A DNA stretch of 61,632 bases from a virus (Duplodnaviria > Caudoviricetes): IMG/VR virus record IMGVR_UViG_3300011116_000062, positions 1 to 61,632 of that record; one strand, 5' to 3'. Of the stretch, positions 53,739-61,632 are shown piece after piece. A model generated the notes under the pieces. The model saw only the letters and a program-made list of their open reading frames with translations, had not been told where the DNA came from and did no database searches. The position numbers and the translations under genes are program-made. Within the stretch, counting starts at the first letter, position 1, and each line of letters starts with the position of its first letter.

Positions 53739-54371
53739 TTAGGTGCCAGTCGCGTTGTTATACGCGTGGTAACCAGCGTTAAACTTGACGATGAACTCGA
53801 CAAGGTTGCCGCTGCTGTTGGCCGAATCGGTCACAACATCAACCACACGGAACGGCAGCGAGCTCGTCACGTTGTTGATGAAGACGCCCATACGGCTGTT
53901 ACCGGTCGTCGTAGAACCCGTGTTGAGCACGAGTTCCGCGTTCGTACCAAACGAGTTGGCACGGGACACGTACGCCGGAAGCAGACCACCCGTGGTGCTG
54001 TCCGCAACGTTGCTCGTCACGTTGACGACCTTGTACAGCGCATTCGGATCATCCGAAATGTACGCCAAGATGTCGTCAGCCGCCGTCGAAGCCGGATAGT
54101 ACTGCGAGAATACTTTCTGCTTCGTGGCCGGGTTCGTGTACGAGCACCCGAGGAACACACCAATCACGCCGTTGACCGGCGCGGCATTGTTCTGAAGGGT
54201 CGTGATGATGACATTTCCCGACGAGTTAAGCTGCACGACATCGCCGTTGAAGATCGACGTGCCGTAAGCGTTCCCAATCGGGATCTGTCGAGTCGCACCC
54301 GCGAACGGAAGACCGCCAACCAAGTTGACCGGCTTCAGTCCATAAGGTGCATCAACAGTGGGATAAGCCAT
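53739..54371 (-). CDS. Head-associated structural protein
   Basis: APYGLKPV...IFNGDVV...GVFLGC; directly upstream of the capsid gene. Confidence 0.7.
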   Translation of the reverse strand: MAYPTVDAPYGLKPVNLVGGLPFAGATRQIPIGNAYGTSIFNGDVVQLNSSGNVIITTLQNNAAPVNGVIGVFLGCSYTNPATKQKVFSQYYPASTAADDILAYISDDPNALYKVVNVTSNVADSTTGGLLPAYVSRANSFGTNAELVLNTGSTTTGNSRMGVFINNVTSSLPFRVVDVVTDSANSSGNLVEFIVKFNAGYHAYNNATGT

Positions 54372-54393
54372 TTGATACTCCTAAAAAGTGAAT

Positions 54394-54846
54394 TTATTTA
54401 CCACCGCGCCCAAACGATGTGGTTGTTCGCTTCTCGGTAAAGAGCGGCATACGCGCATCGTTCTGACGCATGAAGTTGTTGTCCACGGCATCCATCTGAG
54501 ACTCAGCCTGACGTGTATAGAAGTTATCACGCTGCTTCATGAGTTCTTCTGGGGCCTTGCACAACAACAGGCCACCGATCTCGATATTCCCCTTGAAACG
54601 GGAGTTCGGATCGGCTTGTAGCATCAACTCCGGGTAGTCTTCGGCCTTACAAGGCTCCCAACCTTCGCGGAGTTTTGCGGACGTATTCGTAGGGTCTGCG
54701 GTCCCCATCAAACTGGTCCGGATCCACCTGTGAACCCAACCGGGCTGCTCCTTGGGTGAAGGAAGCACCTGCGGGGGCGTCCAAGTGACTTTACGCTGCG
54801 TTGACTCACGCTTCTCAAGTTCTCGATCAAGGCGACTCTCAGCCAT
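54394..54846 (-). CDS. Conserved head-module protein
   Basis: RWIR...REGWEP...GGLLLCK. Confidence 0.75.
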   Translation of the reverse strand: MAESRLDRELEKRESTQRKVTWTPPQVLPSPKEQPGWVHRWIRTSLMGTADPTNTSAKLREGWEPCKAEDYPELMLQADPNSRFKGNIEIGGLLLCKAPEELMKQRDNFYTRQAESQMDAVDNNFMRQNDARMPLFTEKRTTTSFGRGGK

Positions 54847-55807
54847 TGTAGTTCTCCAGTTTCATAAGTTCTTTTGCGTACTGCTCGTTGCTCAAGCCAA
54901 GTTTCTTAGCAAGTGCAACTTGAGACGTTGTTAATCGAACCTGTCTCGGGGATGTGGCCCGAGTCACCGGAGCAACCACGTTGGCTGCTGGTTTTGCACG
55001 CGGGGCGGTTTTGGCCTGCTCCCTCGTCGGCTCTTCCTCAGTTGTACTTTCAAATACCTCCGGAAATCGCTTCTTAATCGTCTCGTCGATACGGCGGTAG
55101 TAATCATCGCTACGCGGATCCATACCCGACCGGACCAGCTTTTCATGGAGGCCGAGCGCGAGGGCGGTCATCTCCTCATCCACACCGAACCAAGAATTTT
55201 TCTGCCTCCAAGCCTCGGCTTTTGGGTCGTAGACCGGAGCAGATCCTTGCGGTGTCGTTACCTCTTGATTTGCTTGTACACCCTGTTCTCCAGTTTGTAA
55301 AGAGGGCTTGAACCGTTCGTAGTCACGAAGCTTCAGCTTGGCTTCTGTCAAGCTTTCTTGTGCTTCGGTGATCTTGTCGGCATCACCCAATTCATAAGCT
55401 TGCTTGAGTTTTTCCTTAGCGGTCGTAAGTTCGATATTCGCAGCCTTGGTGACTTCCTGAATATAGACCTTCTCGCCCTGTCCAAGCCGCTGCTTGAGTT
55501 TGCGGTTCTCTTCGAACTGCATCTGAGCAAACCGCTCAGCCTCGGCCTTCTCACGGGCATACCGCTCTTTCTCCCGACGCTCGTCGTTCCAGACCTTCTT
55601 CATCTGGCGGAAACGCTCTTTCACGTCGTCGGAGTACTTATCGAGGTCATCCTTCTCTAGTTCCTCGACGATCTCCTTGGGCATCGGGGCGGCATGGGCC
55701 TTATCTTCAGGCGGCATGTCATCCACAATTTCAATGTCCAGAGCATCTGCAGACTTGGTCTCGTCCGACTTGATTTCGTCGGGGAATCTGAATTCCTGTG
55801 CGTTCAT
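54839..55807 (-). CDS. Putative scaffolding protein
   Basis: Acidic coiled coil; AKKLGLSNEQYAK C-terminus; gene position. Confidence 0.65.
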   Translation of the reverse strand: MNAQEFRFPDEIKSDETKSADALDIEIVDDMPPEDKAHAAPMPKEIVEELEKDDLDKYSDDVKERFRQMKKVWNDERREKERYAREKAEAERFAQMQFEENRKLKQRLGQGEKVYIQEVTKAANIELTTAKEKLKQAYELGDADKITEAQESLTEAKLKLRDYERFKPSLQTGEQGVQANQEVTTPQGSAPVYDPKAEAWRQKNSWFGVDEEMTALALGLHEKLVRSGMDPRSDDYYRRIDETIKKRFPEVFESTTEEEPTREQAKTAPRAKPAANVVAPVTRATSPRQVRLTTSQVALAKKLGLSNEQYAKELMKLENYNG

Positions 55808-55819
55808 TTAGGTCCTCCC

Positions 55820-56197
55820 TTAAGCACGACGGATGCCACGGGGGTCTTGGACCACCGCTTCCACCGTGTCGTCGTTGATGATCCGGAACTCACGACCGTG
55901 GATAACCACGCGGGTACCCGAGTACGGACGGGTCAGAACGAAGTCCCCCTCCTTGCACCACGGGCCAGTCGGAAACCGGTCCTTGTCGGCGTAGCAAAGG
56001 TCACCCATCTTGACTACGAACAGCACGACGGTGGTCTGCTCCTCAGTCTTCTTGGTGTCCTCGGCTTTGATGATGCCGCCGTCATACTCCTCCTCCACCT
56101 GCGGGATGGCGCAGAGGATTCGGTAGCCCCTTGGCTCAGGGAGAAGTTTTGCCTTCTCTGCCTGCTCCTTGGTGGCTTCGATATCAATATTACTCAT
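55820..56197 (-). CDS. groES: GroES-like co-chaperonin
   Basis: PRGYRIL...GGII...WCKEGDFV...YSGT...INDD. Confidence 0.85.
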   Translation of the reverse strand: MSNIDIEATKEQAEKAKLLPEPRGYRILCAIPQVEEEYDGGIIKAEDTKKTEEQTTVVLFVVKMGDLCYADKDRFPTGPWCKEGDFVLTRPYSGTRVVIHGREFRIINDDTVEAVVQDPRGIRRA

Positions 56198-56384
56198 CAG
56201 CACGCTCCAGTTTATTGGCAAGGTCTTTGATATGGTTTTTGGCGAGGTCGAGACCCTGTAACGCCCCGCACAATCTCTTGTATTCAGACTCGTTGAGCTT
56301 GCCCTGTATCAGGCTGTCAACGATAAGCCGCTTCTCTTCCTCAAGTTTTGAGTTGAGGTAATCGAGTGGTGTGCTGTAGTTCAT
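56190..56384 (-). CDS. Small hypothetical protein
   Basis: YKRLCGALQGL; lies between portal and GroES. Confidence 0.7.
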   Translation of the reverse strand: MNYSTPLDYLNSKLEEEKRLIVDSLIQGKLNESEYKRLCGALQGLDLAKNHIKDLANKLERADE

Positions 56385-56393
56385 GGGCTACAG

Positions 56394-58925
56394 TTACTCC
56401 TTTGACTTGGACTTGGTGGATGCCGACGTGCGTGCGATATCGGCAAGATCCTTCGCCTTAGCAATCTCAATCCCAAGGCGTACACCTTCGGCCTGTTGCT
56501 TGGCTTTGTCCTTCTGAATATCGACGCCCATCTTCGCAGCCTCAAGCTGCTGTCTGGCGGAGGATTCGGCTTGGCGAATCTCCAACTCATCGACTCGGGC
56601 GGCGGCATCAACGGCGTCTTTCTGGATCTTCCGCTTCTGCTCTTCCATCCGGATCTGAGCGTCAATCTGCATCTGCTGCTGTTTGAGTTGCAGTTCCTGC
56701 GCCCGAAGCTGAAGCTCCTGCTGCTGCATCTGGATGATTGGATCCTGTTGCTGCTGAGCAATCTGCTGGGCCTGTGCTTCTGCCAGATCCTTCTGGAGTA
56801 GCTGTGCGGCGGCTTGAGCCGCAAGCTGGGAGACCTGAATCTCCACGGCTTCTGGCAGGTAGTTCTCGTCGTTATCCTTGTCCGGCATCGGGGGCAGAGT
56901 GGTGCCGAGTTGCTTCTCGATCTGTTTGCGATACTCGAAAGCAATGTGCTCCATGAGGTGCGCTTGAGCAGCCCCCATGATCGTCTGCGCCTGCGGGTTT
57001 TGGCCCACTAACTGCATGATCTTCGGATCCTGCATAGCTGCCATGTGGACGCGGATATGCGACTCATGATCCTGATACAGGAACGCCTTGACCGGTTTGC
57101 CAGTCAGGATATTCATGTTCTCAGTGACAGGATCAACGGGCTTCATCTCATCCTCAATCGGGATGATCTTCTGGGCGTTCTTGATACCCAGCGTCTCTAT
57201 CATCTGCCGGTGTAGATACGGCAGATCGTAGATCTGTGGATTGGTCTGGCTCAGTTGCAGCACCGCTTGGTACTGCACGATCTTCTGCGACATCGTGGCC
57301 GCGTTGGGATCACTGACCGGGATGACATCGACATCATCGTAGTCGGCCTTCTTGGCGCTGCGCTTGCCGACTTCCGGTTCGTATGAATACTCGTCCGGGG
57401 TGTTGTCGCGGATGATGCCTGCAAGGAGTTTGAACTCCTGCTTCATCGTGTAGTAGATGCGAGCCTGCACTGCCGACATGACCTTCAGCACGCGCTCAAG
57501 GATGGCAAGCGTCGTACCGACCGGGGCCTGCGAGGACATGTCGGAGACCTTGAGATCCGACACCGCAGCGAAGCGGCGTCCTTCCTCGACCACCTTGTCC
57601 ATCAGCATGGCAAGGGTCTGGCTCGGCTCCTTGTACGGAAGCGGCAGGATGTTGTCGCGGATCGCGCCGCTCGGCACGTCTACGTCCCGGAATTCTCCCG
57701 GAGCAATAGGCGTATCGTCTCCCTTAATTCTAAGCCCGCGCGATTTGAGACCACCCGGAAGATTACTGAGGGTTCCCGCGTCGATAAGCTGTCTAAGAAG
57801 AGATGTAGCTGCCTTAGAGTGTCCGCCGATAAGGTGGATGAGACCAAAGTAGTAGAACCCGAATCCGGGTATGTAGCCATAATGAACAAAGTGCTGTCGC
57901 TTTTCTTTAAGTCCGTCATCTTCTTTCCAGTTACGGCGAATGGCTAAAATAGTTCCGGTCCCCTTCTCGATGGTCACCACGTAAGGCAGTGCGATGCCGG
58001 TCTCGTTGTTGTCGTCATCGACATCAGGATAGCCAGCAAGGTCGATGTTGACGTGCATCTCAAGCAACTGGAACCGATTGTCCATCGAAGCTGAGAAGCC
58101 CTGATCTTCGGCTTTCTGCTTCTCGACCTCATCCATCGTGCGGATCGGCTCACCCAGATCCACATCACGATAGAAGCCTGCATACTGCAGTTTGATCAGT
58201 TCGTTCTTCGTCTTACGCATCCGGTGCGTAACACGGTCCGCCGTCTCAAGGTTCGGTGCGCCATAAGGCACGACGATATCCTCAGCCGGGATGAACACCG
58301 CTGTCTGACGGTTAAGCGAGGGGTCGAAGTAGACCTTCTTGAAGGCGTTGCCCGACAGAGCCAGCGAGAGCAGCATCCGTTCGTGCTCCGGACGGTACTC
58401 CTTCATGATCTCGGTCAACTGATAGTTCATGTCATCAGCGACACGGACAGCGGAGTCCTTCTTTTCAGGGGTCTCCTTGCCGACGATCTTGGTCTTAACG
58501 GGACCCGCCGCAGGGAAGGTCTCCATGATGGTCTCGGACTGGAACTTGACCGCGCTCTCCATCAGGAGCGGGTGGAACACACCGCACGCACCCGGCCACG
58601 GCTCGGTACGCTCCTCGTAGCGGATGCCAAGGATCTTCAGGCCCTTGATGTAGGTGTCGAGCCAGTCCTTACGGCTGGAGAGGTCCTGCTCGTACTGCCC
58701 GATGAGTTCGCCTGCCAGACTCTGCAAGTCGTTCTCGCTCATGTAGTCAGCGAGGTTGGCATCGAACGCCTCTGCACGAGGCTCTTCTTTGACCAGTTCA
58801 ATGACGGCCCCATCAATCCCGATGGTCATCGACTCAGGATCTTCGACCTCAATGGTAAGCGCCTCAGTCTCAGGCAGTGCGCCAAGTCCAACCGGGGCTT
58901 CGTAAAGACTCTTCTCAACAGCCAT
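56394..58925 (-). CDS. Portal protein
   Basis: 843 aa after terminase; PWPGACGVFHP, GNAFKKVY; Q-rich barrel-like C-terminus. Confidence 0.88.
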   Translation of the reverse strand: MAVEKSLYEAPVGLGALPETEALTIEVEDPESMTIGIDGAVIELVKEEPRAEAFDANLADYMSENDLQSLAGELIGQYEQDLSSRKDWLDTYIKGLKILGIRYEERTEPWPGACGVFHPLLMESAVKFQSETIMETFPAAGPVKTKIVGKETPEKKDSAVRVADDMNYQLTEIMKEYRPEHERMLLSLALSGNAFKKVYFDPSLNRQTAVFIPAEDIVVPYGAPNLETADRVTHRMRKTKNELIKLQYAGFYRDVDLGEPIRTMDEVEKQKAEDQGFSASMDNRFQLLEMHVNIDLAGYPDVDDDNNETGIALPYVVTIEKGTGTILAIRRNWKEDDGLKEKRQHFVHYGYIPGFGFYYFGLIHLIGGHSKAATSLLRQLIDAGTLSNLPGGLKSRGLRIKGDDTPIAPGEFRDVDVPSGAIRDNILPLPYKEPSQTLAMLMDKVVEEGRRFAAVSDLKVSDMSSQAPVGTTLAILERVLKVMSAVQARIYYTMKQEFKLLAGIIRDNTPDEYSYEPEVGKRSAKKADYDDVDVIPVSDPNAATMSQKIVQYQAVLQLSQTNPQIYDLPYLHRQMIETLGIKNAQKIIPIEDEMKPVDPVTENMNILTGKPVKAFLYQDHESHIRVHMAAMQDPKIMQLVGQNPQAQTIMGAAQAHLMEHIAFEYRKQIEKQLGTTLPPMPDKDNDENYLPEAVEIQVSQLAAQAAAQLLQKDLAEAQAQQIAQQQQDPIIQMQQQELQLRAQELQLKQQQMQIDAQIRMEEQKRKIQKDAVDAAARVDELEIRQAESSARQQLEAAKMGVDIQKDKAKQQAEGVRLGIEIAKAKDLADIARTSASTKSKSKE

Positions 58926-58934
58926 GATGATCTC

Positions 58935-59198
58935 CTAGCGCCGTCGCAACGTCGCTGTATTTGTCGTCGGGTTGTAAGCGTACTGGTCCATAGACCGTCC
59001 AGCAGCTTTAGCCGCTCGGTCCTTGGCCCGTTCTGCTGCGGTCATCATGTCGCGCTTCCTACCTTCGGCGGTCAATTCGCCCTTAGCGTTCACATGTCCG
59101 CGTTTCTTCAGGATCTCAAGGGCCATATCCCTGTCACCGACCTGCGCTGCAAGCCGGTCTATCAACTGCCCCCGACCCATAAACTTTTGCGTAGCCAT
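58935..59198 (-). CDS. Hypothetical protein
   Basis: 87 aa; TGATG overlap with terL. Confidence 0.7.
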   Translation of the reverse strand: MATQKFMGRGQLIDRLAAQVGDRDMALEILKKRGHVNAKGELTAEGRKRDMMTAAERAKDRAAKAAGRSMDQYAYNPTTNTATLRRR

Positions 59199-60703
59199 CA
59201 GTAAAACCCCTCACGCCTATGACCCTTGAACCACTTGATCGGCTCCGGCTCATCTGTCGGCAAGCGGATGAAACCGCCCTGCCGGAACCTGATCAAAGCC
59301 AAAGTCGTCGCGTCCACCAAGTCATCATGGGTGCCACTCGGGAAGTCATTACACTCCTCCATGACCTCCCTAGCCCATCGGTGGTCACTACACCACACGA
59401 TTCCAGAACTGAATAAGTCCACAACCGCGTTCACACGGCTGATCTTGTCCTGCCCCTTACCCGGCGTGAACTCAGATATGGGCACGCCCATCCGGCGCAT
59501 CTCTTGATATAGAGCCGCCCCGTTGGACTTCTTTTCTACAATGAATGTATCAGGTTGCCACTCTTTATACTCGTTTAGGACCAACTGCTTCAACTCGGGG
59601 AACTCCATCCGCTCTTTGATGGCGTTCAACAGGATGATGTTGTAGTTCTTGGTCTCCTCGTTGAAGAAGACCCCCCAAGTCATGAGGGCGTTGAAGTCAG
59701 CCCGGTTGTTTTTCTCTTGGGCAGCGTCAAGAGACATGATGATATGTTCACACTGGGGCGGGTAGTCCTTGTCCCATATCTGCCACCACTCCCGCTTGAT
59801 GAGCGCCCCCTCCTCGGAGGTCGGCTCCTGCATGTACTGGGCCTGCCAATACCGCACGTCCATCGAGGCTTTCTTAGCCAGCAGTTCTTCTATCTGCCAG
59901 AACTCAGGCCAGAGCGGTTTGTCGTTCAAAATGGCAGGAAACTGTACAACCTCCCACTGATCCGCCTCGTCATTACGCAGCATGTGGTCCACGATCTTCC
60001 CCGTCAGGTCCATCTTGGACCAGCGGGTCATGACGACGATGATCGCGCCACCCGGCATCAGTCGCTGTACGGGTCCTGACTGGAACCATTCCCATGCGGG
60101 TTCGAATACGTCTGCGCGACCCTGTTTAGCTTCCTGTTCAGAGTGAGGGTCATCAATAATAAAGAGATCGGCACCACGGCCAGCAAGAGCGCCACCAACG
60201 CCGATAGCGAAATACTCGCCGTTAAAATTCGTACCCCAACGAGACGCAGACTTAGAGTCAGCTTGGAGTTCCACGTTCGGGAAGATGTCATGATAAAGGT
60301 CCGACCCTACGAGGTTACGCACCCGACGACCGAAGTTCACCGCTAGATCTGCGGTGTGAGACGCCATGATGACTTTTTTCTGAGGATATTTGCCCAAAAA
60401 CCACGCCGGAGCGAGGTACGAGATCATCTCCGACTTGCCATGACGCGGGGCGATGTTGACGATGACTCTTTTTTTCTTGCCTGCGGCTACGTCCTCAAAG
60501 ATTCCCGCCAATTTGCGGTGATGTGGACCTACTTTATAGCCGGGATACACATGTTCGATGAAATCTAGGAAGGAAGTCGTGGCAACTTCCTGCGTGATCT
60601 GCGATTTACCCTGAGCAACAAGCCTAGAAAGCAGCGCCTGCTCCTTTTCCGTCATGTAAGGCAGCAATTCCTGCGCTTTTTTGACGAGTTCAGGGTTCAG
60701 CAC
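59198..60703 (-). CDS. terL: Terminase large subunit
   Basis: APRHGKS, IIDDPH, MTRW, HDDLVDA. Confidence 0.95.
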   Translation of the reverse strand: MLNPELVKKAQELLPYMTEKEQALLSRLVAQGKSQITQEVATTSFLDFIEHVYPGYKVGPHHRKLAGIFEDVAAGKKKRVIVNIAPRHGKSEMISYLAPAWFLGKYPQKKVIMASHTADLAVNFGRRVRNLVGSDLYHDIFPNVELQADSKSASRWGTNFNGEYFAIGVGGALAGRGADLFIIDDPHSEQEAKQGRADVFEPAWEWFQSGPVQRLMPGGAIIVVMTRWSKMDLTGKIVDHMLRNDEADQWEVVQFPAILNDKPLWPEFWQIEELLAKKASMDVRYWQAQYMQEPTSEEGALIKREWWQIWDKDYPPQCEHIIMSLDAAQEKNNRADFNALMTWGVFFNEETKNYNIILLNAIKERMEFPELKQLVLNEYKEWQPDTFIVEKKSNGAALYQEMRRMGVPISEFTPGKGQDKISRVNAVVDLFSSGIVWCSDHRWAREVMEECNDFPSGTHDDLVDATTLALIRFRQGGFIRLPTDEPEPIKWFKGHRREGFY

Positions 60704-61341
60704 GGCTCGGGGTCGCCTGATTCTGCCGGTACAGCGTCGAATTCAGCCTCGATGATCCCATCTTTGGCACGTTGCTTGGCTTTTTCATGGCTAAGCACGC
60801 GTTTTTCCACGCTTTGGATGATCTTGGTGAGGTCTTGTTCGATCTCAGCCATGGTTTTTATGACGTGAGTGGTCTCAGTGCGCTTCTTGAACGCATCCAC
60901 GCCGTCAACTTCACCCAACTTTGTCACCGCAGCGATGCGAGTCTTGCTATCACCAGCGTGTTCAATCTCGTAAACGAGCTTGTTGACCACGTAGGTCTTG
61001 AGTTCCGAGAGTTCATCGACCAACTGGAAGTTGGCTTTGGCTACCAAACCCGCCAAGTAGACCTGCAACTCATTGGTTTCTTTGCTCAGGTCAAGCTTCA
61101 ACTCAGGATCGGCCATGTGATCCTTCGCGATCTTCTCTGCACGAGCGATGTCATCGCTATCAGGAGCGATGGGTGTACCTGTCAAATCAGATATGAGCTT
61201 GATAGTCGCCGCTCGCATCCTGATTTCCTCAGACTGACTAAGCGGAGGCATTGCATCTGCGACAGACGCAGGTAACGGGACACCTTCGTCAATGTCCGGT
61301 ACAAGCGGTATATGAGCCGGGGACCCGGCGTGTAGCTCCAT
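60697..61341 (-). CDS. Putative terminase small subunit
   Basis: Immediately upstream of terL; helical; RIAAVTKLG motif. Confidence 0.55.
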   Translation of the reverse strand: MELHAGSPAHIPLVPDIDEGVPLPASVADAMPPLSQSEEIRMRAATIKLISDLTGTPIAPDSDDIARAEKIAKDHMADPELKLDLSKETNELQVYLAGLVAKANFQLVDELSELKTYVVNKLVYEIEHAGDSKTRIAAVTKLGEVDGVDAFKKRTETTHVIKTMAEIEQDLTKIIQSVEKRVLSHEKAKQRAKDGIIEAEFDAVPAESGDPEPC

Positions 61342-61349
61342 GAAATCGG

Positions 61350-61377
61350 ATACTACAAGCAAAATATATAAAAGCAA
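61350..61377 (-). promoter_or_regulatory. Possible late promoter TTGCTT-16-TAGTAT
   Basis: AT-rich spacer, directly upstream of the first late gene. Confidence 0.4.
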
Positions 61378-61517
61378 ACGGCATGGTACCAAAAAGATAA
61401 CCGGGGGTGTTTATATATACAGGGGGGTGGGGTCCAGCCTAGTAAATATGGAAATTGAGTCGTGATTTGTGAGGATCATAGGGGGGGCGGGGTGCGTGCG
61501 GAGTCCCAACTTTGCGC

Positions 61518-61539
61518 GGGGGGGCCGGGTAGGGTGGGG
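61518..61539 (+). other. Canonical G-quadruplex motif
   Basis: G7-CC-G3-TA-G3-T-G4. Confidence 0.55.
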
Positions 61540-61544
61540 TTTCG

Positions 61545-61563
61545 TTCTGGGAAAATCCCAGAA
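61545..61563. promoter_or_regulatory. 19-bp palindrome copy 4 (inverted spacer AAA)
   Basis: TTCTGGGAAAATCCCAGAA. Confidence 0.75.
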
Positions 61564-61593
61564 TTGCCGTGCAGGGTCGAAAAAGCCTTTTAC

Positions 61594-61606
61594 AATCAAC
61601 GGGTTA
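61594..61606 (+). promoter_or_regulatory. IHF consensus site
   Basis: AATCAACGGGTTA matches WATCAANNNNTTR. Confidence 0.55.
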
Positions 61607-61632
61607 CATGGGGGATTGTATTAGCAATGCTC

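Larger units (their letters stand above)
1..61632. mobile_element. Near-complete or complete tailed dsDNA bacteriophage genome (podovirus-like)
   Basis: Full replication, packaging, head, tail, lysis and internal virion protein gene sets in two convergent arms; non-coding control region at both window ends. Confidence 0.95.

Noticed and set aside
52945-59204. Long alternative ORFs over capsid and portal genes (52945-53712, 56381-56944, 58224-59204)
   Set aside because: Explained by codon bias of the overlapping conserved genes; no independent signals

Overview
The window looks like an essentially complete ~61.6 kb tailed (podovirus-like) dsDNA phage genome with two convergent arms. The + arm (0.8-20.5 kb) carries small early genes, a DUF3150-like/AAA ATPase/zincin-vWA triad, a Leu762-type family A DNA polymerase, a PD-(D/E)XK nuclease, an SNF2 helicase, a putative SSB and a primase-helicase. 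The - arm (61.3-20.5 kb) carries terminase, portal, GroES, scaffold, a Mu gpT-like capsid protein, a cluster of small basic proteins, tail and fibre proteins (S74 chaperone, collagen), a 2OG-Fe(II) oxygenase, lysis genes, a GNAT and large internal virion proteins. No integrase, tRNA, CRISPR array or reverse transcriptase was seen. The most notable signals are: (1) a [FMYL]xxGG motif shared by seven late proteins and coupled to small tape-measure-like domains; (2) a 19-bp palindrome in 4 copies, two of them ~50 nt downstream of sigma70 promoters; (3) an origin-like non-coding region with heptamer iterons, a 30-bp inverted repeat and IHF sites; (4) a kissing-loop, hammerhead-like RNA downstream of the capsid gene. 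All product calls come from motif recognition by eye; no searches were run.
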